Positions 9,141-19,167 of a stretch of 64,000 nucleotides of DNA are shown here, one piece after another (the first letter of the stretch is position 1; every line of letters begins with the position of its first letter). Under the pieces are notes generated by a model that had not been told where the DNA came from, ran no database searches, and saw only the letters and a program-made list of their open reading frames with translations. Position numbers and translations under genes: made by a program. Origin of the DNA: Escherichia phage cardinal. The stretch is taken from the sequence record PQ567651.1. One strand, written 5' to 3'.

Positions 9141-10025
9141 ATGTTTGCTAAAAATTTCAAATCTTGCGTAACCCTGATTTCTGGTGATGGTCTGTCTATT
9201 TCCGCACTGAACACAGTAACAGACAAACCGCTGGATTTTGTTGTGGCACAGGGTCAACAAGCACATACCATTGGTCTTGTTCGTTTTGAAGATGATGGTT
9301 CCTATGTAAAAGTGTTCTCTGGTTTAGAGGTTATTAAAGTAGGGCAATCTGTTAAGAAAGTTAACAAGAAAAAAGTTAAACGCATTCTTAATGAAAAACT
9401 CCAAGAGATGGAACAAGAGTTTATTGCTGCAAATCCTACTAAAGAATTCTTCTTGGACAAAGAAAGTAAAAAAGCAATTGAGGCTGATATCGTGTTTTCT
9501 CTGCTCCCAGAAACAGAGGCAGATGATTTCTATAACTATGTTGTTGTAGACACTGAAAACAGTATTACCTACGTTCTTAATGGTTCTAAGAAAATTAGTG
9601 AAGATATTGCTGTATTTCTTCGTGAGGTGTTGGGTACTTTCCCAGTCCTGCCGTTTAGTGTACACGAAGAAGCCATTATTAAAGGTTTTGATACCATCTT
9701 AGAAGAACATGAGGCTGAACGACTGACCCTGGGTAATTATATTAAACTTGAAGATTCGGAAGGTGTGGTTGTATGGAGTAAAGAGTCCCTTTATGAATCT
9801 CGTGCAGTAGAACTTATGGAAGATGGTAAGCACGTCGTTGCCATTGGTCTGGAATATGACGGCTTCGTTAACTTTATTGTTGATAAAGAATTTAAGTTGA
9901 GTGGTATTAAATTCCCTAAATACTTTAATGATGAAGAAGGATCTTTTGAAGCATCTGTCCTTCTGTGCTTTAATGAAATCCGTGGTATTATGCAAGACCT
10001 TATCAAGTCAACTATTCAAAAATAA
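9141..10025 (+). CDS. RdgC-like recombination-associated protein
   Basis: FSLLPETE and LGTFPVLPF segments resemble RdgC conserved regions. Confidence 0.5.
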   Translation: MFAKNFKSCVTLISGDGLSISALNTVTDKPLDFVVAQGQQAHTIGLVRFEDDGSYVKVFSGLEVIKVGQSVKKVNKKKVKRILNEKLQEMEQEFIAANPTKEFFLDKESKKAIEADIVFSLLPETEADDFYNYVVVDTENSITYVLNGSKKISEDIAVFLREVLGTFPVLPFSVHEEAIIKGFDTILEEHEAERLTLGNYIKLEDSEGVVVWSKESLYESRAVELMEDGKHVVAIGLEYDGFVNFIVDKEFKLSGIKFPKYFNDEEGSFEASVLLCFNEIRGIMQDLIKSTIQK

Positions 10026-10099
10026 TACTTGACTTACTAATTTAATATGTGTTAATATGCCTACCTACTCAGTTAGGTGGGCTTTTAAGGAGACACACC

Positions 10100-10312
10100 A
10101 TGAAAAAACTTCTTGTCGGTTTACTTTTAGTAATCAGTTCTTATTCTTATGCTGGTCAAATAACTTTAATTAATTCTGGAGAACAAGTTTCTGGAAGTAC
10201 AAAATACTGTTTTTACTCTAACGGTATGTACGACAAGGTTATAGAGGTTTCTGCAAGTCGTCAGTGTCCCTACACACGAACATTCTCAACAGAGAGTTCA
10301 GATGATGAATAG
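10100..10312 (+). CDS. small secreted protein with signal peptide
   Basis: ATG after AAGGAGA; MKKLLVGLLLVISSYSYA signal-peptide-like N-terminus. Confidence 0.5.
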   Translation: MKKLLVGLLLVISSYSYAGQITLINSGEQVSGSTKYCFYSNGMYDKVIEVSASRQCPYTRTFSTESSDDE

Positions 10313-10404
10313 GAGGTAATATTAGCGGTTACATTTTAATCCAACCGGAAGACCTGCACAAATATGTTGACGAGAACACAATTCTTGCAATAGACTACGA
10401 TCAA

Positions 10405-11439
10405 GTGGCGTTCCAAGCGGCTTCAGCTTTAGAACAAAGAAAAATCCACGCTGTACACAAGGCTTCCGGTAATGTAAAAGAGTTTGAAACAAGAACAGAT
10501 TTTTGGGGTAAATCTTCAAAAAATATTGGAGGATGGTTAGGAGCACTTAACGCGCAACGCGAAGCTGCTGGTAAGAAGTTGTTCTCCAAGGAAGATTTTG
10601 AAATAAAAGATGTTCAAATAGTCCCAGAGAATATTTCTTTTACGTTTCAAGCTGCAAAGACAAAAATAACCCAGATGGTGGATCACCTAAAACTTCAAAA
10701 GTATTGCGGTGTCATCGGGGTAGGAAAAACCTTCCGGCATTCTTTCAAAATGCCAAAAGAATATAAATCAGAACGATCAGATTTAAGACCAATCCAATTA
10801 TCAGATACTAAAGATTATCTAGTTGAAAAACATAACGGTGACGTTGTTACTGGTATTGAGGCAGATGATGCTTTAGAAATCTATGGATATGCAGGGTATA
10901 AAGCCTACAAGGAAACTGGTAAGTTTTCTCATATTGTAGCATCTATCGACAAAGATAGCTTACACACACCAAGTTTACTCTTTAACTTTTATAAAGAGGA
11001 TGGTGTTTATAAAAATCCTTGTGTTATTCTGATTGATGAATCTATCGGTGATATCTGGATCGTAGAAAAAGGTAAGAAAAAAGAAGTTAAGGGTTGGGGT
11101 AGTTACTGGTTAGCTTATCAAATGCTAATGGGCGATAAGACAGATAGTATTCGACCTTACCAAGATTTCGATGTTAAGTTTGGAGATATTACTTGCTTTA
11201 ATCTTATTTCCAAATGTAAAACACAGGCTGAACTTTTTCAGACAGTTAAAGATCAGTATTATGAATGGTTCCCAGATGGCGTTAAATTTACTTCTTGGGA
11301 TGGTGAAGAAGTAGAAATGACAACTGATGAATGGATAGAGACAATTTTTCAGTTGGTATATATGAAACGTTGGGCGAATGATGAAACAACTTTTGAAAGT
11401 ATGCTACAAGCATATATTTCAGAGCAGGAGGAACATTGA
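10405..11439 (+). CDS. RNase H / 5'-3' flap exonuclease (T4 rnh-like); true start probably upstream near 10321
   Basis: GIEADDALEIYG and LMGDKTDSIRP (H3TH-like) motifs; in-frame upstream extension encodes ILAIDYDQVAF resembling T4 RNase H ICLIDFSQIAL. Confidence 0.65.
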   Translation: MAFQAASALEQRKIHAVHKASGNVKEFETRTDFWGKSSKNIGGWLGALNAQREAAGKKLFSKEDFEIKDVQIVPENISFTFQAAKTKITQMVDHLKLQKYCGVIGVGKTFRHSFKMPKEYKSERSDLRPIQLSDTKDYLVEKHNGDVVTGIEADDALEIYGYAGYKAYKETGKFSHIVASIDKDSLHTPSLLFNFYKEDGVYKNPCVILIDESIGDIWIVEKGKKKEVKGWGSYWLAYQMLMGDKTDSIRPYQDFDVKFGDITCFNLISKCKTQAELFQTVKDQYYEWFPDGVKFTSWDGEEVEMTTDEWIETIFQLVYMKRWANDETTFESMLQAYISEQEEH

Positions 11440-12398
11440 GTAAATTAACAGACGAACAGAAAGCCTTGATTGTATCTATGAAAGCACAAGGTTATTCTTC
11501 GCGTAAGATTGCACAAGAGGTGTTGGGAAGTTCTACTAAGAAGAGCACAGTAAATGATTACTTAGCTCGTGTAAATTCACCACATCGCGGTGCTCCGCAA
11601 GATAAAGGTGGGCCAGTAATTAAAATTATTGACGTAGAGACAGCACCGGAGATTGTGTATAGCTTCTCACGTTTCAAAGCCTTTATTGCACCTGAACAAG
11701 TTATTCGTCGAGGTTACTTGCTTTCCTATTCCTCTGCTGATTTAGAAACAGGGGAAGTAGAAGGTAAGAACCTTAGCAATTACCCTTTGTTTGACATAGA
11801 TCATACAGATGATTGGGAATTATGTCAAGATCTCTGGCACTTGCTTGATGATGCAGATATTGTGATCGCGCACAATGGTATTAAGTTTGATAAGGCTTAT
11901 ATTAACCAACGTTTTGCTTTTCACGGTATGGAGCCACCATCACATTACGTTGTAATTGATACACTCAAGGCAGCTAAGAAGCAGTTTGCACTACCTTCTA
12001 ATGCGATTAAAGAAATGTGTTTGTATTTTGATACAGAAAACTTTAAACTTGATAATGAAGGTTTTCCTTTGTGGAAAGCATGTTGTGAAGGAGATAGACA
12101 TGCCTTCTTCCGTATGCAAACATACAACGATGGTGATGTTGTTTCTCTTCGAGATCTTTACATCAAACTTCGTGCATGGATTCCACAACATCCTAACGTA
12201 TCTGCATTCTATGACGATGAAAAACTTCGTTGTCCTCGTTGCGGTAAAGAGCACCTTGAAGTTGTTCCTGGTAAGGTTTACACAACAGCGGTTAGTACAT
12301 TCCAAGTGCTAAGATGCACATCATGTAATAGCCTGTCTCGTGGACGTGTTAATTTGCGTAGCAAAGAGAAGCGTGTAAACACTGTTATTGGAATTTAA
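11436..12398 (+). CDS. DEDD-family 3'-5' exonuclease with N-terminal HTH and C-terminal Cys pairs
   Basis: TTG start after AGGAGG; IIDVETAPE (Exo I), IAHNGIKFD (Exo II), C-terminal CPRCG...CTSCN. Confidence 0.5.
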   Translation: MSKLTDEQKALIVSMKAQGYSSRKIAQEVLGSSTKKSTVNDYLARVNSPHRGAPQDKGGPVIKIIDVETAPEIVYSFSRFKAFIAPEQVIRRGYLLSYSSADLETGEVEGKNLSNYPLFDIDHTDDWELCQDLWHLLDDADIVIAHNGIKFDKAYINQRFAFHGMEPPSHYVVIDTLKAAKKQFALPSNAIKEMCLYFDTENFKLDNEGFPLWKACCEGDRHAFFRMQTYNDGDVVSLRDLYIKLRAWIPQHPNVSAFYDDEKLRCPRCGKEHLEVVPGKVYTTAVSTFQVLRCTSCNSLSRGRVNLRSKEKRVNTVIGI

Positions 12399-12403
12399 TA
12401 AAA

Positions 12404-12428
12404 AAGGGGCGAAAGCCCCTTTATTTTT
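12404..12428 (+). terminator. rho-independent terminator ggggc-gaaa-gcccc + T-tract
   Basis: aaaaaggggcgaaagcccctttattttt immediately after stop. Confidence 0.7.
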
Positions 12429-12437
12429 GGAGGATTT

Positions 12438-12839
12438 ATGACTACAGCACTGGATATTCAAATTGATGGTGATCACTACAAACGTATGCGTATGCAACCT
12501 TTGGAACTTGCATATCTAATTGGTGCAACTCCTTGTTTCACTAAGTTAGCTAAGTATGCTTGTCGAAACAAAGGTGATCGTGTGATCAACCTAAACAAAG
12601 CGATTCACGTTATTCATATTGAAAAAGAATTAAGTGATAAGTATTACAATATGTTGTATGAAGCCTACCCTAACTTAAAAAATCCTGTAAAAATTGAGTT
12701 AGCTAATCAGCTAATTGATTTATACACAGACGATGATCTTGTTCGTAAGGCTTTAAAAGCAATGTACAAAGGTAAGTATATTGAAGCAGCAGATGCTATT
12801 GAAACATTGAAGGAGAGTGTAGATGGCTTCTCACGGTAA
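12438..12839 (+). CDS. hypothetical protein
   Basis: track ORF, RBS GGAGG. Confidence 0.5.
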   Translation: MTTALDIQIDGDHYKRMRMQPLELAYLIGATPCFTKLAKYACRNKGDRVINLNKAIHVIHIEKELSDKYYNMLYEAYPNLKNPVKIELANQLIDLYTDDDLVRKALKAMYKGKYIEAADAIETLKESVDGFSR

Positions 12840-13017
12840 ACAATACGGAGAGGGTGAAGTATATAAAATATACAATAAACGTGGAGATAAACTCCTATAT
12901 ACAATCACAATCCCAGAAAACATGTGTAAAGCTGGTTTAGACCGTATGCTTTTCTTTAAATATAACATTCCACCAGGAGATTATGTAGCTAAAAAGGTGA
13001 GCACTATTGGAAAATAA
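12823..13017 (+). CDS. hypothetical protein
   Basis: track ORF, overlaps neighbours by a few codons. Confidence 0.45.
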   Translation: MASHGKQYGEGEVYKIYNKRGDKLLYTITIPENMCKAGLDRMLFFKYNIPPGDYVAKKVSTIGK

Positions 13018-13582
13018 AGAACCTAAAGTTATTTGGGGAGATGGAACACCTTGGAAAACTCAAGCAGCCTTTTATACATATTTAAGGGGTTGCTTAAGGA
13101 AAGCATGGGTGAGACACCCGAATAAAATAAAAAAGATCCAATCTGTACGATTTAAAGCGGATAGGTTGGATAAAGATGGAAATATAGTTTTAGATAAGAA
13201 AACAGGCAAACCGAAACAGGTTTGGAATTGTAAATGTGAATTGTGTGGACATACAGGAGGTATGAAAGACTTTCAAGTAGACCATATTAATGCAGCAGGT
13301 ACATTAACCTGTTATGAAGATATCCCAAGTTTTGTTTTACGCCTATTGTATGTAACAGAAGACGACCTGCGTGTAGTTTGTAAGCAGTGTAACGCTATCC
13401 TGGCTTATGCTGACAAGCACGATATGACATTCAGGGAAGCAAAAGCGGAGAAAGAAGCGATAGCTTTATGCCAATCTAAAAAGGATAAAAATTGGCTAAC
13501 GAAGCGCGGAATTTCACCAGAAAGTACAGTAAGTAAGCGAAGAAAACAAATAGTAAAAATTCTTCTTGACGAAGAGAAATAA
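13007..13582 (+). CDS. HNH endonuclease (homing-endonuclease-like)
   Basis: CKCELCG...DFQVDHINA...CKQCNA arrangement typical of HNH nucleases; TTG start. Confidence 0.5.
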   Translation: MENKEPKVIWGDGTPWKTQAAFYTYLRGCLRKAWVRHPNKIKKIQSVRFKADRLDKDGNIVLDKKTGKPKQVWNCKCELCGHTGGMKDFQVDHINAAGTLTCYEDIPSFVLRLLYVTEDDLRVVCKQCNAILAYADKHDMTFREAKAEKEAIALCQSKKDKNWLTKRGISPESTVSKRRKQIVKILLDEEK

Positions 13583-13627
13583 TAAAGTATTATCGCTCCC
13601 ACAAATGGGAGCGTTAGAGGAGAAAAT

Positions 13628-14191
13628 ATGGCTAAACTTTATTTCCGATATAGTCCGATGAACAGTGGTAAAAGCACACATTTGCTACAAACAGCTTGGA
13701 ACTATAAAGAAAGAAATATGAAAGTTCTTCTTTTAACTTCAGCTTTAGATACCAGATCTGGTTGTGCTATTGCTTCTAGGATAGGTATTAAAGAGGAAGC
13801 AAAACCAGTTAAAACAAAAGAAGATATGCTGGAAATTTATACACAACTTAAAGAAAATCCAGTAGATGCAGTATTTGTGGACGAATCACAATTCCTAACT
13901 AAAGATATGGTTGACATTCTTGGAGATGTGGTAGATAATTACGATATTCCTGTATTCTGTTATGGGCTTAAAACAGATTTTGCTACAGAATTGTTTGAAG
14001 GTTCTGAACGGTTATTAGCCATAGCAGATTCAATTACAGAATTGAAAAGCATTTGTAAATGTGGAAGAAAAGCTATTTTCAATGCTAGACTTATCGACTC
14101 TAAAGAACAGATTGTTATTGGAGGAGAAGACATTTACGAAACAATGTGTAGAAAATGTTATAACAGGAGAAATAATGCGTCTAGTATGTGA
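13628..14191 (+). CDS. tdk: thymidine kinase
   Basis: N-terminal YFRYSPMNSGKSTHLLQ P-loop and C-terminal CKCG...CRKCY zinc motif. Confidence 0.85.
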   Translation: MAKLYFRYSPMNSGKSTHLLQTAWNYKERNMKVLLLTSALDTRSGCAIASRIGIKEEAKPVKTKEDMLEIYTQLKENPVDAVFVDESQFLTKDMVDILGDVVDNYDIPVFCYGLKTDFATELFEGSERLLAIADSITELKSICKCGRKAIFNARLIDSKEQIVIGGEDIYETMCRKCYNRRNNASSM

Positions 14192-14765
14192 TTGGGATTT
14201 AGTAATAGCTCCTGCCGATGTAGAATGGTTGAGTTGGTTAAATGCGGTAAGTAGATCTAATATCAAATTTGATAAGACACATAAGACTGTGCATTATGAT
14301 ATTACGAAATATTTTCCTGATTTTAAAAAGCAATTTGGTGTAGATCCTTACTCTTTTTGGGATAACCAACATCTATATGATACTATGGGAGTAGTACCTA
14401 ATAGTACAGATGTTGTTCATCGTATAATTGCAAATGGAGCTAATATATCTATAGCAAGCCACACTAAAGGTGGACACCTTAGTTCTAAATATAGACACGT
14501 AACACGATCTTTAGATAAAGTGGACTTTAGTAGAACATCTGGTAATGGCTTTTTTGCAACAAAAGAAAAATACTTATTACCTTGCGACGTAACTATTGAC
14601 GATAGGGCTGAAAATCTTGTCCTATTTCCAGATGAAACGTTGAAAATATATTTCAACACTATTTACGAAGATCCATACTTGGAAGAGTTAAAGAAACTTC
14701 CTAATGTAATTATCACTGGTTTAGATAATCAGTGGGAAGAAATTGAAAGTATTTTACTACCTTAA
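14175..14765 (+). CDS. HAD-family 5'(3')-deoxyribonucleotidase-like protein
   Basis: ATG after GGAGAAATA; N-terminal VCDWDLVIA (DxD HAD motif I); track ORF starts upstream inside tdk. Confidence 0.5.
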   Translation: MRLVCDWDLVIAPADVEWLSWLNAVSRSNIKFDKTHKTVHYDITKYFPDFKKQFGVDPYSFWDNQHLYDTMGVVPNSTDVVHRIIANGANISIASHTKGGHLSSKYRHVTRSLDKVDFSRTSGNGFFATKEKYLLPCDVTIDDRAENLVLFPDETLKIYFNTIYEDPYLEELKKLPNVIITGLDNQWEEIESILLP

Positions 14766-14774
14766 GGAGAAATA

Positions 14775-15746
14775 ATGACAAACTCTATTTCAGCAAAAAT
14801 TATTGCACACTCTCAAACATCTGAAGGTAAGGATATTGTTACCTTTGAACTTGAATATCCTCGAATCATTCACTCTGAATTGATGACGCATCGTTTGTTT
14901 TCTCGTAATGCCGCATCAAGTCGAGCTATCCCTGTTAAAACTCTAATTGAAATGGTACGGCAATCTCCAGCACGTCCTTATCGTTTTGGTGCTAACCAAC
15001 CAGGTATGCAAGATAAAGGCACAGATCACGATGCCCTGATTGATGCAGGTTACACTGCAAAAGAATGGTGGGACTTGGCTGCACTAAGTGCTGCACGTTT
15101 TGCAGAAGAGTTTGCCCTTGCTGGTTATCATAAACAGGTTGCAAACCGCCTACTAGAACCATTCCAGCGTATGAAGACTGTAGTAACCACTACAGAGCTA
15201 GAAAACTTCTTGTGGTTGCGCGTAGATGCTGATGCAGATCCTACTATTGAGGCTCTTGCTAAAGAAATTAAAAAACTGTATGAATCTTCTGAACCATATC
15301 TTCTTTTCCCAGGGGAATGGCATACACCTTACGTTAATCGTGATCGAGATCCAGAAACTGGCATGATCCGTTATTTCTTGGGTGAAACCTTCTCCAACGA
15401 GAAAATGTTGACAGAAGAGGAAGCAAAAGCTATTTCAGCTTCTTGTTGCGCTCAGGTAAGTTATCGTAAATTGAATGATACTAAAGATAAAGCATTGGAC
15501 ATCTATTCTCGTTTGCTGTCTGGACAAAAGGTACATGCATCTCCGTTTGAACACCAGGCAACGCCAATGAAAGAAATGGATTTGTCAGGATTAAAACAAC
15601 AGAAAGGTGGTATTAATATTCCTCCGTTCCCTACTTCTTGGGAAGAAGGTATTACACACATGGATCGTAAACATCGTTTGTGGAGTGGAAACTTCTGTGG
15701 TTGGATTCAACATCGTCAACTTTTGACTAACCATACAAAATGGTGA
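14775..15746 (+). CDS. thyX: flavin-dependent thymidylate synthase ThyX
   Basis: ThyX signature ELMTHRLFSRNAASSRAIP (RHR...S...R). Confidence 0.85.
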   Translation: MTNSISAKIIAHSQTSEGKDIVTFELEYPRIIHSELMTHRLFSRNAASSRAIPVKTLIEMVRQSPARPYRFGANQPGMQDKGTDHDALIDAGYTAKEWWDLAALSAARFAEEFALAGYHKQVANRLLEPFQRMKTVVTTTELENFLWLRVDADADPTIEALAKEIKKLYESSEPYLLFPGEWHTPYVNRDRDPETGMIRYFLGETFSNEKMLTEEEAKAISASCCAQVSYRKLNDTKDKALDIYSRLLSGQKVHASPFEHQATPMKEMDLSGLKQQKGGINIPPFPTSWEEGITHMDRKHRLWSGNFCGWIQHRQLLTNHTKW

Positions 15747-15763
15747 TCAACTTAAAATTATAG

Positions 15764-15792
15764 TTGACTTTTAATTGAGATTCGTGTAGTAT
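15764..15792 (+). promoter_or_regulatory. sigma70-like promoter TTGACT-17-TAGTAT
   Basis: consensus-like -35/-10 with 17-nt spacer in intergenic gap, followed by hairpin ggagagc/gctctcc and RBS. Confidence 0.5.
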
Positions 15793-15843
15793 AGGCTAAC
15801 GTTAGGAGAGCTATGCTCTCCTTAAAAGAGAGAAGGAGAATTT

Positions 15844-16254
15844 ATGTCACTAATTAATACAACCATTTGGGCGACCGTAAGTATGTCTACCATTAAGGCT
15901 ACACCGATCTGGAAAGAAATGGCTAAAAAACACGGAGGAAAAATTCCTCACGAGTATCATAACACTACATTGCGAGCAGCATTAGTAATGCTTGGTATGT
16001 CTACCGATGGACATTATACAGTAGAACGTGGTGTTAATATTCGTAGTAACAACAATCGACGTGTGGTGTTTGCAAATACTACATTGTATACTTTCCCAGT
16101 TCGACAAGACTATAAATATAAGCGAATCTATCAAGGTGTAGATATTTTGCACTTTGGAGAAGAAGATTTTACAGGTTGGGGTAGCTCTCATATCAAAATG
16201 GAAGACTTCGGAAATGAACATGATCCATCACGAGATGATGATTCTGAATTCTAA
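15844..16254 (+). CDS. hypothetical protein
   Basis: track ORF, RBS AAGGAGA. Confidence 0.55.
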   Translation: MSLINTTIWATVSMSTIKATPIWKEMAKKHGGKIPHEYHNTTLRAALVMLGMSTDGHYTVERGVNIRSNNNRRVVFANTTLYTFPVRQDYKYKRIYQGVDILHFGEEDFTGWGSSHIKMEDFGNEHDPSRDDDSEF

Positions 16255-16266
16255 TTGAGAGGCCAA

Positions 16267-16515
16267 ATGACAGAAAGTAATAAATATGAAGGCTGTGAAA
16301 TTGAAGTCTATTTTGATGAAACATTAGGTTGCAATGTAACAGTTATTCTTGATACATCTAAAAGATTATCCCCAAAAAGACAAGAAGCAGACCGCAAAGC
16401 AAAGGCAAAAGGTTTTGAAGGTATAGATCATTTTGAAGGTTTTCTATACGCAAATGGCTTATATAATGAGATGCGTGGCGGTTATGATGTAGATGTTCTA
16501 AACATGCACAATTAA
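16267..16515 (+). CDS. hypothetical protein
   Basis: ATG at 16267 after GAGAGG. Confidence 0.5.
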   Translation: MTESNKYEGCEIEVYFDETLGCNVTVILDTSKRLSPKRQEADRKAKAKGFEGIDHFEGFLYANGLYNEMRGGYDVDVLNMHN

Positions 16516-16526
16516 TAGGAGAGGAA

Positions 16527-18791
16527 GTGACTCAGTATCTAAGCAAATCTATCCGTTATGTAACAAAAACAAACGGCAAGAAAGAAGAATTTAATCCAGA
16601 AAAACTTCGTAAATGGTCAGAGTTTGCTGCTGGTAAATTAAATTGGTCTGAAATTGAACTCGAAGCTGTTAAACGTTGTTACGACGGTGTGCCTACTCGT
16701 GATTTACATAAAGCTATGATAGCAGCATGTATTGATAAGAAAGATCAGGCATATAGTGATATGGCAGGTCGGTTACTTCTTGGTATGATTTATAAACAGG
16801 CTCATGGGGGATATCACAATATCCCCTCCCTCCTGGATTTCTACAATATGTCTGTAAGTAAAGGCTATTGGGGAAAAATGGATTATACAGAAGAAGAAAT
16901 TATTGAGATTGGTAAAATTGTCAATCATGATAAAAACCTAACTTATGGTTATTCCGTACTGCGCCAGATGGTTGATAAGTATCTTGTGAAAGATGCGATC
17001 AATGATGTGGTTTTTGAATCACCACAATTTTTATTCATTGGTGTAGCAATGAAGGTAATGGAAATTCAACCAAAAGATCGCAGAGTAGAAGACATTAAAC
17101 GTCTATATACCTACGTAAGTGATCTTAAGATTAATTTACCATCACCTTATTTAACAACGTTGCGTACTAAGATTAAAGGTAGTGCTTCTTGTTGTCTGTT
17201 TAGAGCAGATGATACAGCAGAATCTTTAGCAATTGCTAACTATCTTGCTCATGAATATACATTGAATAATGCAGGTATTGGTGTTAACCTCCAAACCCGT
17301 GCTACAGGACAAGGTGTTAAGAACAACCGTATCGTTCACGGTGGTCTTTTACCATATCTGAAATGGATGGAAACAAGTGTTGGAGCATCAAAACAAGCAA
17401 GCCGTGGTGGAAGTGCAACAGTAACGTTTACAATATTAGAACCTGATTTTGAAGATCTGGTACGTTTGAAAAACCCAACTACTGTTAGTGAAAAACGAGT
17501 AGATAAACTTGATTACTCTATTGTAGTAAACAATGCTTTCCTGCGCCGTGCAGCAAAAGGTAAAGATTGGATGCTAGTCAGTTATGACGAAGCACCAGAA
17601 CTCTATGAGGCGCTTTATAAAAGCGAGGAAGAGTTTGAAGAAGTATATGAAAAAGTTAGTCGCAAACGAATTAAGAAGAAGTTTGTAAAAGCACGAGATC
17701 TTCTGGCAGAAATTATTACACAAAGAGCAGAGACAGGACGTATTTATATGTTCTTTGCGGATAATGCTAATAAGCATACTCCGTTTAAGGATGTTATTTA
17801 TCAGTCCAACTTGTGCCAAGAAATTTTCTTACCTACGAAAGCATTTCACAGTATGACTGATCTTTTCACAGGTGAGAATACAGAAGACCAAGAATTGGCA
17901 TTATGCTTCCTGTCTTCTATTGTAGCTGGTCGTGTTACACCAGAAGAATATGAAGATGTTGCATATTATACCGTTCTAACTATTGATAATGTTATTGAAA
18001 CAATGCAGTATCCGTTTAAACATAACGAAATCACTGCTAAAGCACGTAGGTCTATCGGTGTAGGTATTACAAACCTGGCACATTATCTGGCAAGTAATTT
18101 TGTTACTTATTCAGATCCTTACGGCAAAAAACTAATTCACGAATTAGCAGAAAGACATTATTACTGGTTAGCAAGAGCTTCTCTTCGTTTGGCAAAAGAG
18201 AAAGGTAATGCAGAATGGATGCATAAAACCAAGTGGCCTGAAGGATGGTTGCCTATTGATACCTACGCTAAAGCTGTAGACGATATTGGCAATTTTAAAC
18301 TTAAAATGGATTGGGAAGGTTTACGACAAGATATCATTGCACAAGGTGGTATCCGAAATAGCGTATTAGCAGCTATTGCTCCAAATGAGTCCAGTAGTCT
18401 TGTAAGTAATACGACTAACTCTGTGTATCCTGTACGTGATACTATAGTTTATAAACAAAGCCAAAAGGGTAATGTTCTGTTTATTGTGCCAGACTACGAT
18501 AAACTAAAAGATATTTACCAATCGGCTTGGGATACACCAGATAAAGATATGGCTGAAGCATATGGACTGTTGACTAAATTCTTAGATCAAGGTGCATCAT
18601 GTGATAAGTGGATTGACTATTCTAAGATGGAAGGTGGTCGTTTATCCATTAAATCAGAAATGCAATATATTCTTCAGTTTGCAAAACTTGGTGGTAAATC
18701 TTTGTACTACCTAAATAGCAGAACAAAATCGGCATCCTCACTCGCTCAAGAAGATTCTGAAGACGAGGGGTGTAGCGCCTGTAAAATGTAA
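16527..18791 (+). CDS. nrdA: ribonucleoside-diphosphate reductase large subunit
   Basis: 754 aa; N-terminal ATP-cone-like region, C-terminal Cys pair CSACKM, overall class Ia NrdA organisation. Confidence 0.85.
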   Translation: MTQYLSKSIRYVTKTNGKKEEFNPEKLRKWSEFAAGKLNWSEIELEAVKRCYDGVPTRDLHKAMIAACIDKKDQAYSDMAGRLLLGMIYKQAHGGYHNIPSLLDFYNMSVSKGYWGKMDYTEEEIIEIGKIVNHDKNLTYGYSVLRQMVDKYLVKDAINDVVFESPQFLFIGVAMKVMEIQPKDRRVEDIKRLYTYVSDLKINLPSPYLTTLRTKIKGSASCCLFRADDTAESLAIANYLAHEYTLNNAGIGVNLQTRATGQGVKNNRIVHGGLLPYLKWMETSVGASKQASRGGSATVTFTILEPDFEDLVRLKNPTTVSEKRVDKLDYSIVVNNAFLRRAAKGKDWMLVSYDEAPELYEALYKSEEEFEEVYEKVSRKRIKKKFVKARDLLAEIITQRAETGRIYMFFADNANKHTPFKDVIYQSNLCQEIFLPTKAFHSMTDLFTGENTEDQELALCFLSSIVAGRVTPEEYEDVAYYTVLTIDNVIETMQYPFKHNEITAKARRSIGVGITNLAHYLASNFVTYSDPYGKKLIHELAERHYYWLARASLRLAKEKGNAEWMHKTKWPEGWLPIDTYAKAVDDIGNFKLKMDWEGLRQDIIAQGGIRNSVLAAIAPNESSSLVSNTTNSVYPVRDTIVYKQSQKGNVLFIVPDYDKLKDIYQSAWDTPDKDMAEAYGLLTKFLDQGASCDKWIDYSKMEGGRLSIKSEMQYILQFAKLGGKSLYYLNSRTKSASSLAQEDSEDEGCSACKM

Positions 18792-18798
18792 TGAAACT

Positions 18799-18822
18799 AG
18801 GGGGCTTTGTCCCCCTTTCTTA
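18799..18822 (+). terminator. hairpin aggggg-ctttgt-ccccct + T-rich tail
   Basis: located right after nrdA stop. Confidence 0.5.
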
Positions 18823-18831
18823 AGGAGGAAT

Positions 18832-19167
18832 ATGCCTACATTAGTTGTATTACCTGGAGCAACACCACAAAGACATTGGGGAAATTATACACTGGTAGAT
18901 AGTAAAGATTTTACATTCGATTGGTGTTGCCATTATATTGCAGGTTTTCAATTTTCCAGTGTTGAAATATGGGCTTCCAATGATCCAGAAGCTACCTGGT
19001 ATGCTTTAACCAGGGCAAGATATGATGGAGAGGTTACTGTACTACTCACAAAGAGTGTATGGAACGCATTAGAGAAGGCTTACATAGAGAATGGTATGGA
19101 GAGAAAACACATTGATACAATAAAAGCAATGTGTGATATTGTGGAGGATTTAAATGGCAGCGATTAA
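18832..19167 (+). CDS. hypothetical protein
   Basis: track ORF between nrdA and nrdB. Confidence 0.5.
   Translation: MPTLVVLPGATPQRHWGNYTLVDSKDFTFDWCCHYIAGFQFSSVEIWASNDPEATWYALTRARYDGEVTVLLTKSVWNALEKAYIENGMERKHIDTIKAMCDIVEDLNGSD

Noticed and set aside
6942-10006. Several minus-strand track ORFs (6942..7124, 7173..7406, 7831..8145, 8063..8290, 8474..8728, 8951..9226, 9324..9665, 9699..9995, 9791..10006)
   Set aside because: All antisense to the colinear plus-strand gene series; AT-rich low-complexity translations.
17574-17819. Minus-strand ORF inside nrdA
   Set aside because: Embedded antisense in a 754-aa conserved gene.
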